Shown here piece by piece: positions 9,930-20,088 of a DNA stretch of 64,000 nt. How positions within the stretch are numbered: position 1 is the stretch's first letter; each line of letters begins with the position of its first letter. Under the pieces are notes generated by a model that saw only the letters and a program-made list of their open reading frames with translations, made no database searches and was not told the origin of the DNA. Source of the stretch: Archaeoglobus sulfaticallidus PM70-1 (GTDB lineage Archaea > Halobacteriota > Archaeoglobi > Archaeoglobales > Archaeoglobaceae); the NCBI RefSeq assembly GCF_000385565.1, contig NC_021169.1, positions 1,096,571-1,160,570 of the forward strand, read 5' to 3'. A program made the translations under genes and the position numbers.

Positions 9930-12647
9930 TTAGTCCCAGAATCCCCTTGTCCTTATGTATCTCCTCTCAGCTTCCATGAGTTCCAGATAGAAATCGTCCT
10001 CACTCCTGTAGTACTTTGAGAGAATTCTTGCAGCATTCTCCACTCCAACACCATGTGTGTTCATCGCGATGATGGCTCTTTTCCCGTGCGAGAGAACGAG
10101 GTTGGCAATCCTGTAAAGCTCCCTTTTCGGAATTTCATCAAGCTTTCTTCTGGCGTTGAACGCCGCAATCATCCCGGATTTGCATCTAGGACATTCAGGC
10201 CTATCTATCAGCCTTATTGGTGTCCTGATCGTGTATCCACAGTTTATGCAGTGGATAACCGTGACTTCATTCTCGAGCCTTTTCTTGAAGATGTCCAGCA
10301 GCAGATAGAGTGGTTTCTTTGGTTTTAGCAGATCGAAACTGTGTTCTCTGGATGCAAGGGATATGGGGCTGAGTTTGTTGTAAACAACAATCTTTAAATC
10401 CTTCCCGAGTCTCTCGATAATCTCTTTAGACCTCTCAATATCCATCTTCTCCAGAAATATCTCTCTGACAGCTTCCCTGTATATCGGGGTGTCTCTGAGC
10501 CTGACTACGAGTCTCGAAAGGTTTACCCTCGATAGATCGAAGTTCTTGCTCAGATAGCCGAACTTTCTCGCAGAGTGTATAACCTTCCACTGGAGCAGCT
10601 TTGTGTCGAGCAACGCCCTTTCAGCCAGTTCCTCAACACCCTCTCTCCTGAGATTCAGCAGTATATCTCTTACCTCTTCACAGCTTGCCGGGGTTAGCTT
10701 TATCCTGTATGGATCTATCTCTATGCTGACATTCCTGCCCTTCCTCGCTGTCAGCAGAAGAGCGATAATTCTTCCAAGAGTTTCATTAACCTTATGCCCG
10801 AAACAGGCGTTTATTACTGCTGTATTCTCTCCACCCTCTATGGTTACAACTTTGTCTGATGGAACCTCAAACTTCTGCTCCACATGCTCTTTTATTGTTC
10901 TGATTACGGTTTCAGCAGCTTTCTCGTTCGTCTCAAACCTTGAAAGCAGGTAATCTTTAGCGTCCTGAGTATTTCTAATCCTGTCGGCAATAACCCTTCT
11001 GAGCCTTCCAACTTCAACAGCGACCTCGAAGGGAACTGGAATCTCCTCTCCAACCCATGACGGAATCTCTCCTTCACTAACCACCGGCTCTACCTTGACA
11101 ACATCGTTTACAGCAAGAACCCTCCATAGCTCTCCCTTTATCGCAAAAACCTCTCCGGTAAAGGTTGAGAGAAAGCTTTCATCGATTTTTCCTATCTTCC
11201 TTCCAGTAGTTATATCCACAACCGTATAGCTCTTCTCATCGGGAATCATCGAGATGTTGTCGTAGAAGTACCTTCTCGCCTTTCTTTTTGCGGATATCCT
11301 CTCTCCATCGAAGAAGATCAGGTGTCCTTCCGCAAGAAACTCGCATATCTTAACAAAATCATCAAATTCCAGATTTCTGTAAGGGTAAGCCCTTCTTATT
11401 ATCTCGTATGCCTTTGCGACATCTATATCCCTGTACTCCAAGGCAAGAGCAGATATCTGGTTTGCAAGAACATCGAGGCTGTTGAAATGCATCGTTAGAT
11501 CCTCGATCTCTCCCTTTAGAGCTCTTTCAGCAATGATCCATGATTCCATTATCTCGTCAAAGGAGTTTGCGAGTATGTACCCTCTGGATGTTCTCTCCAT
11601 GCTGTGTCCGGCCCTTCCCACCCTCTGAATCAGCCTCGTTACCTCTCTCGGGCTGTTGTACTGGATTACAACATCCACATGGCCTATGTCGATTCCAAGC
11701 TCCATGGATGATGTGCAGATCAAAGCTTTAAGCTCCCCTTCCATGAATTTCCTTTCAGCCTCAAGCCTCGCCTCTCTCGACAGTGAGCCGTGATGCACCT
11801 CAACATCCATTATCTGCTTGAGCCTCAGGCCAAGAGCCTCGGCAGTCTGCCTCGTGTTCACGAATATCAATCCAGAACCATGCTCTTCAATTATTTCCTT
11901 TATTGTTCTCAAATCTGCCGAGATTTCCTGAGGGATGGAAAGCCTTTCAGAAATTTTTTTATCATCTTCAATAACTTCTGGCTGAATAACTCTGAAGGAG
12001 TAATCCTTCTTCCTGATATCCTTGATTACCACGGCATTTTCTGATATCAGTCTGGAGATGCTCTCCTTGGTAGTGGCAGATAGCCCGATCGTTGTGAAAC
12101 TGGCAATCTCTCTCAGCCTCTCAAGGGCTATGCTTAGCTGGACTCCTCTCTCGCTGTCTGCGATCTCGTGAATCTCATCTATGACAACATAGTGAACATT
12201 CTTCAAGGCTTTTCTGAGCTTTCTCCCTTGAAACAGGATTTGCAGAGTTTCAGGAGTTGTTATCAGTACCTGCGGTGGTCTGAGACTCTGTTTTCTTCTC
12301 TCTGAAGACAGTGTATCGCCATGCCTCACCGCGATGCTGATCTCAAGCTCCTTTGCGAGGGTGCTTATTCTCCTCAGCATATCTCTGTTGAGAGCCTTGA
12401 GCGGTGTTATGTACAGCAGGAATATTCCCTCGTACTCTCCAAGGAGCATTCTGTAAAAGATGGGTATTATGGCAGACTCTGTTTTCCCAGAACCGGTTGG
12501 AGCAACGATGAGAGTATCCTTTCCCTCCAAAATAACCTTGAACGCCCTTTTCTGTAGTTCGTTGAGTTCATGAATTCCGGCAAGTTTTAAGGCGTTCATC
12601 AGCCTGTCCAAAGCCTCCCTGCTGAGTCCATCAGCCAGCTTCACCAT
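9930..12647 (-). CDS. lhr: Lhr-type large ATP-dependent helicase (DEAD/DEAH)
   Basis: 905 aa with 'APTGSGKTE', 'DEIHE', 'SATT' and helicase C motifs, plus the long Lhr-specific C-terminal extension. Confidence 0.85.
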   Translation of the reverse strand: MVKLADGLSREALDRLMNALKLAGIHELNELQKRAFKVILEGKDTLIVAPTGSGKTESAIIPIFYRMLLGEYEGIFLLYITPLKALNRDMLRRISTLAKELEISIAVRHGDTLSSERRKQSLRPPQVLITTPETLQILFQGRKLRKALKNVHYVVIDEIHEIADSERGVQLSIALERLREIASFTTIGLSATTKESISRLISENAVVIKDIRKKDYSFRVIQPEVIEDDKKISERLSIPQEISADLRTIKEIIEEHGSGLIFVNTRQTAEALGLRLKQIMDVEVHHGSLSREARLEAERKFMEGELKALICTSSMELGIDIGHVDVVIQYNSPREVTRLIQRVGRAGHSMERTSRGYILANSFDEIMESWIIAERALKGEIEDLTMHFNSLDVLANQISALALEYRDIDVAKAYEIIRRAYPYRNLEFDDFVKICEFLAEGHLIFFDGERISAKRKARRYFYDNISMIPDEKSYTVVDITTGRKIGKIDESFLSTFTGEVFAIKGELWRVLAVNDVVKVEPVVSEGEIPSWVGEEIPVPFEVAVEVGRLRRVIADRIRNTQDAKDYLLSRFETNEKAAETVIRTIKEHVEQKFEVPSDKVVTIEGGENTAVINACFGHKVNETLGRIIALLLTARKGRNVSIEIDPYRIKLTPASCEEVRDILLNLRREGVEELAERALLDTKLLQWKVIHSARKFGYLSKNFDLSRVNLSRLVVRLRDTPIYREAVREIFLEKMDIERSKEIIERLGKDLKIVVYNKLSPISLASREHSFDLLKPKKPLYLLLDIFKKRLENEVTVIHCINCGYTIRTPIRLIDRPECPRCKSGMIAAFNARRKLDEIPKRELYRIANLVLSHGKRAIIAMNTHGVGVENAARILSKYYRSEDDFYLELMEAERRYIRTRGFWD

Positions 12648-12694
12648 CCTTTAAAGGAGCATTTCTGGGTTAAAAAATCTAATGGCCTGTAATT

Positions 12695-13078
12695 TTAACC
12701 ATAAATTTCCTTTATCAGCCTGATCAGCCTGTTGAATATCTTTTTTATCTCTTCATGGCTGATAGATCGCTCGATTTCATCTTTTTTTGGGCATATTTCA
12801 TCAACGATTATGCGATCTCTCTCTTCATCATAGATGAACGGATATATCCTGCACCCTTCCGGGCGATAAGGGTAGATCGTGCATATGTTATCTTCAAGGA
12901 AAAAGCATCTTCCATCAACATTCCTTAGCTGCTTCACTCCATTGACTTCAACTGCGAACTCTGATTCATTATAGCCAAGAGAGGTTATTCTTTCAATATC
13001 AGACTTGCTGAGGGGCATCTCCGTCTCGTAGCAGCACTTCCCGCAGAACTCTCCATCAATTCTACAGTCGATCCTCAT
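12695..13078 (-). CDS. YkgJ/UPF0153-family cysteine-cluster protein
   Basis: Has the CxxCCYxxEmP…CxFL…C…YPYRPxxCRxYPF pattern typical of the family. Confidence 0.55.
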   Translation of the reverse strand: MRIDCRIDGEFCGKCCYETEMPLSKSDIERITSLGYNESEFAVEVNGVKQLRNVDGRCFFLEDNICTIYPYRPEGCRIYPFIYDEERDRIIVDEICPKKDEIERSISHEEIKKIFNRLIRLIKEIYG

Positions 13079-13097
13079 CTTCGCCAGATCTTTATAT

Positions 13098-14246
13098 TCA
13101 GCTGTTCAACATCTCAATGAATTCCTTAACATTCATATTTTTCTTTCTGGCGAGCTTCTTCAGCATCGCACTCGCTTTTGTTGAATACTGTATTGCTTTC
13201 TTCTCCCTTTTCGCTATCTCTTCTGGAAGAAAATCGAGCGCTACCTCTCTCAGGATGTACTTCCTGATGCCATCTCTAACCTTCAACTCTGCTGGGATTG
13301 AGAGTGCTAGCTTTATGAGATCCCACTGGAGGTAGGGGGTCTGAAGCTTTATCTCGTTCTTGTAGCTGATTTTTGCATCTCTAACGAGGTTGTTTTTACC
13401 TATCTCTCTGACATCTTTCAGCATCTCCTCTTTCATTTCATCATGGCCAGCTTTCAGGTACTTCATGTAACCTCCAAAAAGCTCATCCGCTCCCTGGCCA
13501 AAGACTATGGAGTCATATCCAAGGCTCTTGGCAAATTCCATTGTCAGATATATCGGTATGCCTATGGAAACTTGTACGGGATTAGTGCTCTCTATAGCCC
13601 TCGACACCTTTCTTGTTACCTCCACCAGATCATCCAGATCGAACCGTCTTATCTCTATATCTCTTCCAATCATTTTTGCACTCTTTCTCAGCCATTTCTC
13701 CTCCTCATCACTGGCTGTGACAGATACAAGGCTCAAATCGTATATCGATGCGAGCAGCGATGAATCCAACCCTCCAGAGAATGCTATGCATCCCGTTGCA
13801 TCGTAACCCTCGAGGAGCTTCGCGATTCTCTCCTTTACCTGATCCACATCTGTGTCCACTTCATGCACATCGAACACATCTTCGAATGTGTATCTCTTTC
13901 TCTCGATTACATTTCCCTCGTAATCCAGCTTTACAACCTCTCCCGGCTTTACCTCCTGAAAATTATCTTCGAAGTAGTATTCGAAGGATGAAAAGCTTAA
14001 AGATTGAGAGTAGTACAGGGGCTTTCCACCAAGAACATCTCTTGAGAGGTAAATATGAGAGGGTCTGAAAGCAACAACCGAGTAAAATTTGTTCAGCTTA
14101 AGGGGGAGCTCATCAGCATACTTCAGATCAACTCGATTATCACAGTCGTAAAGGATGTTCCCCTCCTGCTTTGAAGGATACCTTGCTCCCGCAAAAATCC
14201 CCTTCGCTCTTCCCTCTTCAACCTCTGCAAAGGCGAATATCGACAT
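13098..14246 (-). CDS. Asparagine synthetase-like protein (AsnB family, N-terminal Cys absent)
   Basis: PP-loop 'SGGLDSS' and the AsnB 'DVLGGKPLYY' motif. Residue 2 is Ser, not Cys, so the glutaminase domain is probably inactive. Confidence 0.65.
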   Translation of the reverse strand: MSIFAFAEVEEGRAKGIFAGARYPSKQEGNILYDCDNRVDLKYADELPLKLNKFYSVVAFRPSHIYLSRDVLGGKPLYYSQSLSFSSFEYYFEDNFQEVKPGEVVKLDYEGNVIERKRYTFEDVFDVHEVDTDVDQVKERIAKLLEGYDATGCIAFSGGLDSSLLASIYDLSLVSVTASDEEEKWLRKSAKMIGRDIEIRRFDLDDLVEVTRKVSRAIESTNPVQVSIGIPIYLTMEFAKSLGYDSIVFGQGADELFGGYMKYLKAGHDEMKEEMLKDVREIGKNNLVRDAKISYKNEIKLQTPYLQWDLIKLALSIPAELKVRDGIRKYILREVALDFLPEEIAKREKKAIQYSTKASAMLKKLARKKNMNVKEFIEMLNS

Positions 14247-14298
14247 CAGTGATGGTAGTGAAATAGTGTTAATAAGGTTTTAGAACACCTCAGAAAAT

Positions 14299-14763
14299 TC
14301 ATCTCAACTGTGCCTTCTTGACCTCTCTCCTCAGCTCAACCAGGTCCTTGAAGTATCCGTAAACATTCTTCATCATGAAGTAGAATATCGCTGTTGCGAA
14401 AACCATCGAAAATGGTGAGGTTATATACTCTTTCAACAGAAACTCGGATAGGAACATATACGGCGAGAGGATGATGAAGAATACTGTTGATGCTATGATT
14501 AGCTGTCTGAAGAATACTTTCCAGTAAAGCTCATTCATCATCTCTCTGAACCCCTCATAGGCTAACCTGTCTCTGGAAGCTAAAGCCAGAAGGGAAAGCT
14601 CGTGATACTCAGCAATCTTCCTCTGCTGCTCCTCCATCTCCTCCAGATCCTTTCTGAAAATTATACTAACAACCCTTGCAGTAATCCTCTCAACGATCAG
14701 GATAACAGCGAAAGTAACGAGAATGAAAGGGATATAAAAAAAATTGAAATCCAATTTGATCAC
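14299..14763 (-). CDS. Small membrane protein, unknown
   Basis: 154 aa with 3-4 TM helices. Co-oriented and contiguous with downstream membrane genes. Confidence 0.3.
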   Translation of the reverse strand: MIKLDFNFFYIPFILVTFAVILIVERITARVVSIIFRKDLEEMEEQQRKIAEYHELSLLALASRDRLAYEGFREMMNELYWKVFFRQLIIASTVFFIILSPYMFLSEFLLKEYITSPFSMVFATAIFYFMMKNVYGYFKDLVELRREVKKAQLR

Positions 14764-14774
14764 CCTTCAGGCAT

Positions 14775-15806
14775 TTATGGCGGAAGCTTTATTCCGAAGA
14801 ATCCCGCTGCAATGTACCTTGTACCAACATAGAATGCCAGCAGTCCGAAGAGGATGAACAGTGAGTCCATTGGCAGATACTTCTGTGTTCTCGGGCCAAT
14901 GTATGAGCCGATGAGGATTCCAGCCCAGGCGATTACTATGCCAATCGGGAACACGAGTCCTCTGGCGAACCATCCGGCGAGTGCTGAACACTGGTTGAGG
15001 AAAACCGTCAAAGCTGAAACTGCTGGTGTGATGTACATTGGCCAGCCCAAGGCTGTGAAGAACGGAACGATCATGAATCCTCCGCCAACTCCAATCAACG
15101 CAGCGATGAAGCCTATCAGCAGACCGTAGAAGAACGGCAGATAGTTCTTAGCAACGAACCTCTCTCCGAAGAAGTCGAATTCAACCCTGTCAAGTGAGTA
15201 CTTGACATTTGTTATACCCTCAAGCTCCCCGAGTCTTCCAGCCTTTCTGAGTTCCTCAACTCTCTGCTGGAATCTCTTCGCAGCCTCTCTTCCCTTAGAC
15301 TTTGAGGCTTTGGCTCTCGGAGTTACCTGATAGAACATGTATATCGATACAGCCCAGGTAGCCAGTCCGAATAGACCTTTATACAACGCAACACCGAGCT
15401 TTCCACCAGTACCCCATACCGCAACCTGTGCACCGAGAACCATTCCGAGACCCATTGCAATTGCTGCGGGCCAAACGAGCCTCTTCTGGGTGTACCAGTT
15501 TATCGTGCTTGAGAGAGAGTTCAGCCATGTCATCAGTGTGTTCGAGAACCTGATGTGATCGGTTATGTACTTTCCTGCATCGTTGTACATCCCAATTTTT
15601 ATCGGAGTTCCCTTCAGGCTTGTCCCGTACTTACCAATACCAAGGATGGAGATATGGCCAACTCCAGCCATTATACCTCCAAAAGCTCCTACAGTTGAGA
15701 AAATCCATCCAACCCAAATTGCCCAGAGGAAATAAACAAGGGCATCGATTTTAATCGTCTGCCCTGCTATTTCCATCCAGGTAATGTCCAAAACCAAATC
15801 AACCAC
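14775..15806 (-). CDS. TauE/SafE (DUF81)-like permease
   Basis: 343 aa, polytopic, Gly-rich helices 'GAFGGIMAGVG…GVGGGFMIVPF' repeated in two halves, characteristic of DUF81. Confidence 0.5.
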   Translation of the reverse strand: MVDLVLDITWMEIAGQTIKIDALVYFLWAIWVGWIFSTVGAFGGIMAGVGHISILGIGKYGTSLKGTPIKIGMYNDAGKYITDHIRFSNTLMTWLNSLSSTINWYTQKRLVWPAAIAMGLGMVLGAQVAVWGTGGKLGVALYKGLFGLATWAVSIYMFYQVTPRAKASKSKGREAAKRFQQRVEELRKAGRLGELEGITNVKYSLDRVEFDFFGERFVAKNYLPFFYGLLIGFIAALIGVGGGFMIVPFFTALGWPMYITPAVSALTVFLNQCSALAGWFARGLVFPIGIVIAWAGILIGSYIGPRTQKYLPMDSLFILFGLLAFYVGTRYIAAGFFGIKLPP

Positions 15807-15814
15807 CTCCTAAA

Positions 15815-16663
15815 TCAGCATTTAGGCTCCTTGAAGATCAGGAAGTTACACAGCTTACAGAGGTCGAAACCTGGATAGGTTTCTCCAGTTCTCGGGAACG
15901 ATGGACCGCCGTCTCTGACTGTTCTTTCGAGCAATCTTCTCACTGTTGGCTCAAAATGCTCCCATGGGATGAAGACATTGATCTCTCCCTGCTCCGTTTT
16001 CCCAGCAGTATAGCTCCCGCTGCACATCGGAACGATGTTTATCCTCTTATTGACATACGTCCACACAGCTCCACCGCAGACAGCAGAGTTCATCATGAAA
16101 TTTGGCTGGATTGGATGTACATCCATGGCTGAGGCATAATCATTGTAGAGATGGTAGCTCTGCAGAACATCGCAGATTATGTGTATGAGGTCTGGCTCAA
16201 AGGGTGCCTTGTGTAGTGGGGCGGTGGCCAGAGCCTTCAAGCCCTCAGGCAACCTTGGCTTGGTTTTAACGAACCTCTCAGCCTGCTCCAGATCTCTTGT
16301 GTACTTCTTGTGGCTTTTGATTTCGTTCTCGTCAAAATCCTTCCAGCCGAAAAGGTATCTGGCGTTGCTGCAGCCGAGGTTTTCTCTCCTTGAAAATACG
16401 ATTTCCCCTCTCTGCCTAGAGACGGCTGAAAAGTGGCAGAAAGTGAATGGGTGGATGCCAATCTTGTACTTGTTCTTCCTGAACTCCTCCACTTCCTCCT
16501 CAGAGTAGAAGTACTTCACTGCAACCGGATAGTACTTCAGTCTCAGCAGGTTCCTAAGTGCAAAAACCATGTCTGCCCTTGAAAGCCCATCCTTGCTCAG
16601 CAGCTTCTTTGAAAACTCTACATCGTCGAGTAGTGTTTCCGAATCGAAGCAAACTTTTTCCAT
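15815..16663 (-). CDS. Conserved hypothetical Cys-rich protein (possibly DUF169-like)
   Basis: 282 aa soluble protein. The family assignment is a guess from size and Cys pattern. Confidence 0.3.
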   Translation of the reverse strand: MEKVCFDSETLLDDVEFSKKLLSKDGLSRADMVFALRNLLRLKYYPVAVKYFYSEEEVEEFRKNKYKIGIHPFTFCHFSAVSRQRGEIVFSRRENLGCSNARYLFGWKDFDENEIKSHKKYTRDLEQAERFVKTKPRLPEGLKALATAPLHKAPFEPDLIHIICDVLQSYHLYNDYASAMDVHPIQPNFMMNSAVCGGAVWTYVNKRINIVPMCSGSYTAGKTEQGEINVFIPWEHFEPTVRRLLERTVRDGGPSFPRTGETYPGFDLCKLCNFLIFKEPKC

Positions 16664-17103
16664 GACTCCCCACTTAGAAGGTTCATATTTAAGTGTTTCG
16701 AAAAATTACAAACATATTTTAAAAAATTTGATATCTCAAAAATTTTGAAATTGAATTTCGATAGAGAAAAATATTTCATCGTAAAACGCGTTAATAAATT
16801 TTATTAGGATAGATTAAGCTGGATTTGAATAGATTTTCTTTAATTTCACATCTTTTGGTGATTAGAGGAATTTCTCCAAGTATTATTATATTCAAGAAAT
16901 TTATAATTTTAGACATACCATTGAAAGTCAAAATCCTTTCAAAACTTTCGATACTTACAGATTTTGTAGAATAGCAAATTTAATTATTAATTTTTCTAAA
17001 TTCCTGTGCCACTTCAAAGGATTTAAACACATAAAAAGGAAGAAAAATTATTTAGATTGTATGATAAACTCTAACCATCTGAGAAACAGGTAAGACTACA
17101 AGA

Positions 17104-17469
17104 CTACAATTCGGCCTCACTCTTCCACAGCCCATGGATGTTGCAGAAGGATACTGCAATAAGTTTCCCAGGCTTTTCGGTTTTGAATCTAAAAACTGCT
17201 GTAGGTTCGGTATATACCGTACTCGTGTTCGGACCCTGGGTAGATTCACCATGGGTATTGAATTCAGTTCTCCCTATATGTACGGGGAATTTTGCTCCAT
17301 CCGGCAAAAACAGAAGCTCTATCCACTTTATATGGTGTTCTGTTGTGTTTGGATGGGGTATTTCCTTACCAACCACAACCTTCACATCAACAAGATCATC
17401 AGATTTTTCTATCTCGATTACTGGCACATGTTTTTCACTTTTCCAGTCTGCAGTTTGAAATAACTCCAT
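17104..17469 (-). CDS. sor: Superoxide reductase (neelaredoxin / 1Fe-SOR)
   Basis: Carries the 'EKHVPVIE' SOR signature, then His/Cys ligand region 'HHIKWIE…CNIHGLW'. Size 121 aa. Confidence 0.8.
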   Translation of the reverse strand: MELFQTADWKSEKHVPVIEIEKSDDLVDVKVVVGKEIPHPNTTEHHIKWIELLFLPDGAKFPVHIGRTEFNTHGESTQGPNTSTVYTEPTAVFRFKTEKPGKLIAVSFCNIHGLWKSEAEL

Positions 17470-17664
17470 ACAAGACTTTGTTTTTTTAATCGATATATTT
17501 CTATCGCGGATATGATTTAAATGTCGAAACTACTTGGATTTAAAACTATGGTATTGAGTTCAAATTCTAAATTTTATTTTTCATTTAATTTTATGTTAAT
17601 TGAGAATTACCGATCAATTATTTTTCGAAAATTTTAAATATTTGAAAAATAAAATTCCCCCGAT

Positions 17665-18021
17665 ATGAGAGTTCTGATTGTTGATGATGATTCAGGAATT
17701 CGAGAGATTTTAAGGCTTATGCTCTCTGAGTACACAGTTTTGGAAGCTTCCAATGGAGATGAAGCAGTTAAACATTACAAAAACTTCAAACCAGACGTTG
17801 TGATAATGGATGCTGTCATGCCAGTGATGGATGGAGTTGCCGCAACCAGGAGGATACTGGAGATTGACCCGAATGCCAAGGTTGTAGCACTCACGGCATA
17901 CTACACAACGAAAGCCAGAGAGATGCTCGAAGCTGGCTCTGTAGAGGCTCTGGAAAAACCCTTCTCGAAGAAGATCATTCTCGAAATAGTTAGAAAGTAC
18001 TGCAGGTATTCAAACTACTGA
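17665..18021 (+). CDS. CheY-like single-domain response-regulator receiver
   Basis: Reads 'MRVLIVDDDSGIREIL…DVVIMDAVMPVMDG…ALTAY…K', with the phospho-acceptor Asp context. A TATA-like box TTTAAATA sits ~26 bp upstream. Confidence 0.8.
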   Translation: MRVLIVDDDSGIREILRLMLSEYTVLEASNGDEAVKHYKNFKPDVVIMDAVMPVMDGVAATRRILEIDPNAKVVALTAYYTTKAREMLEAGSVEALEKPFSKKIILEIVRKYCRYSNY

Positions 18022-18159
18022 GTCGAATCTGACATGAAGCAATTCTGTAGTGCCAAACTGATGTCGCCAACAATCATAACAATCTACAATCATCAAACCA
18101 AGATCACCAAACGCCCAAGGATAAAATTTAAATTTCCATTCAGCACACCAACATTTCGA

Positions 18160-18232
18160 GCCGCCGTAGCTTAGCTGGTAGAGCGTCCGGCTGTTAACCG
18201 GACGGTCACAGGTTCGAATCCTGTCGGCGGCG
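18160..18232 (+). tRNA. tRNA-Asn (anticodon GTT)
   Basis: Cloverleaf readable: acceptor GCCGCCG/CGGCGGC, anticodon loop cuGUUaa, T-loop GGTTCGAATCC. Followed by a T-run. Confidence 0.9.
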
Positions 18233-18243
18233 TTTTTATTTCT
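18233..18243 (+). terminator. Poly-T archaeal terminator after tRNA-Asn
   Basis: TTTTTATTT sits immediately 3' of the tRNA. Confidence 0.4.
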
Positions 18244-18559
18244 GGTTCTAGTCCTTACCGTCTTTCAGGGTGGTGTGTAAAGCTGTTATTTAATTCAGAG
18301 ATATGGATTAATAGTATTCTGGAGGTGCGAGGGAGAACGAGCCTAAAATGAATTAAAACAAAGGCTTTTAGAATGCATCGAAGCAAACTTTAGTTTTCCT
18401 GAGAGAATTGATCTTGGCTGGAAAAATCGAGAAACTTTATGTTGGAGTTGAGGGATGAAAGAAAAGCCTTGAGGAATCCCAAATTGTTTTTTGCAGGAAT
18501 TTGAGTTTGAGAATCAGAAGGGTTTGAAGCTTGAGGCTTACTCTGATTTACTTCCTGCG

Positions 18560-19032
18560 TTCTTCTCTTTTTCAGGGAGATAAGAAAAAGCTAAGCACTT
18601 TTCAGTATTTCTCTAACTCTCCCGTAAAGTTCCACACTCATCCTGAAGCTTGTTGCGTCAAGCTGTCTAAGTATCTTTAAAGCATCATTCTTCGTTATTT
18701 TTCCTGTCTCCACCGAATGGATGAGTATTTGTTCCCGTCACTCTCCCACCTAAAGCTCTGCAAATGTTTCTGAGTCTTCTGTCTTAAGTTGCAACTACAT
18801 GACCGAGATCGAGCAGAGCTGCAACAATGTCTCCTGTCTTCTCTTCATCGCCCAGTATTTCCAGTGCCCTTCTCCTCGACATTTCTGATGGAGTGAAAAT
18901 TCTGATTTCTGGGAGCACTTTTTGTAGACTCTTTGGCAATCTCTTCCAGAACCTTCTCAGGAATTATACATTCTGGGAGTATCCTCTTCCTATATTACTT
19001 AAAGCGATCAGAACAGTTGAATCAACGATAAT
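18560..19032 (-). pseudogene. Decayed PIN-domain (DUF3368-like) toxin, paralog of 55777..56259
   Basis: Minus strand begins 'MIIVDSTVLIALSNIGRGYSQNV*', compared with 'MIVVSNSSPLITLAKIGKLS' in the intact copy. Multiple frameshifts follow, with 'IIPEKVLEEIAKE' ≈ 'IIIPKAVWVEVVEKG'. The ATGA overlap with the upstream antitoxin is preserved. Confidence 0.45.
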
Positions 19033-19262
19033 CATTCTAAAGCCTTTACCTCATCTTCAATTTCATCGGGTTTAATCTGAACGAGCAATCCCTTTTCTCT
19101 GGCAAACCTAAAACCATTCAGCAAGACTCAAACCCGCAATTCTTTCAGCCTGCTTTATACTTGCTTTGCCAGAAGCGTAGAGCTTCCTCCAGTGCTTTTT
19201 TTTAAACGCCTCATCTCTGCTTATCCCGAGGAGTTCTGCGAGTTTTGCTATTTCTTTTTTCT
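19033..19262 (-). pseudogene. Frameshifted UPF0175-family antitoxin (paralog of 55499..55780)
   Basis: Minus-strand translation gives '…GKASIKQAERIAGLSLAEWF*', then after a frameshift '…KGLLVQIKPDEIEDEVKALE*'. This matches 'GKASEIAGLSKWEMMEIL…ISLQYDEEDLKEDIEVLESL' of the intact copy. Confidence 0.5.
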
Positions 19263-19492
19263 GCTATCACATATTTTGTCTCCAAAAAGATATTAACTTT
19301 GTGTTCGTGTCATTCTCACTCACATGGGACCTCAGCTACTTTTTAGCAGCGAATCCCGATCCTGTTAAGTACTGGCCAAGAATGTTATTCTGAAAAATAG
19401 ATTAACCGAGAACTTCCCTGATACAGTTAATCAGCTCATTCTTCAATTCACCTTCAAATTCTGAAATACTTCCAAAGAACAGCCTGTAGTTA

Positions 19493-19927
19493 TCAATTCT
19501 GCTGTTTTTTTATGGGAATAATATCCTTTATCGACTTCTCGATGTTCCTGAACTGCTCTAATTTGGATGTCCTGTCTATTTCCAGTTTTGAGGAGTCCAG
19601 TATCTGTGTAAACAGCACTGAATTATCCATCTCAACAATTCCATACCTGTCATGAATGAAATACTCCGATAACGCAGACACAAGAAATTTTCCGCATACT
19701 CTAACTGGTGTGATGTCAGATTCCTCAATCTCAATGATGACCTTCACTTTGTAATCCTTCAATATAAGCAGATCAACATTGCAGTATTTTGTTCTCCTTG
19801 ATTTGGAATCATTGCAGAATAGAGGTATATGCTGGTCTCCACCACATGCGGGATCCTTCACAACTTCAAACTCTGGAAAAGCAGTGGTTATAATATCTCC
19901 AATAGTTTTATGCAAATCATATACCAT
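19493..19927 (-). CDS. Hypothetical protein, possible PD-(D/E)xK nuclease-fold core (VDLLIL…IIEIEE)
   Basis: 144 aa with a D…(12)…EIE spacing reminiscent of Hjc/NucS-type cores. Weak. Confidence 0.25.
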   Translation of the reverse strand: MVYDLHKTIGDIITTAFPEFEVVKDPACGGDQHIPLFCNDSKSRRTKYCNVDLLILKDYKVKVIIEIEESDITPVRVCGKFLVSALSEYFIHDRYGIVEMDNSVLFTQILDSSKLEIDRTSKLEQFRNIEKSIKDIIPIKKQQN

Positions 19928-20088
19928 ATGAATTCAAGCTTTACCTACATATATAAGACTTTCTTTAAGATCTGACCGCTCTGCTCACTCAGCTTAAATC
20001 CATCTCGACACCCACTAACTTTTCTATCTCCACCTTTTTATTCCGCGTACCTAAATCTTAAAGACTTCTTGAACTCATTTATTCATTT

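Noticed and set aside
10053-12557. Multiple 60-116-aa plus-strand ORFs inside the Lhr helicase gene, and similar antisense ORFs inside cas3, dppA, cooS, ACAD and leuC
   Set aside because: They are antisense to long, motif-supported genes. They are typical shadow ORFs.
17134-17489. Plus-strand ORFs overlapping the SOR gene
   Set aside because: The SOR on the minus strand has a diagnostic EKHVPVIE motif. The plus-strand ORFs are shadows.
18827-19075. 82-aa plus-strand ORF
   Set aside because: The opposite strand carries the recognisable (though decayed) UPF0175/PIN pseudogenes. The plus-strand ORF is antisense noise.
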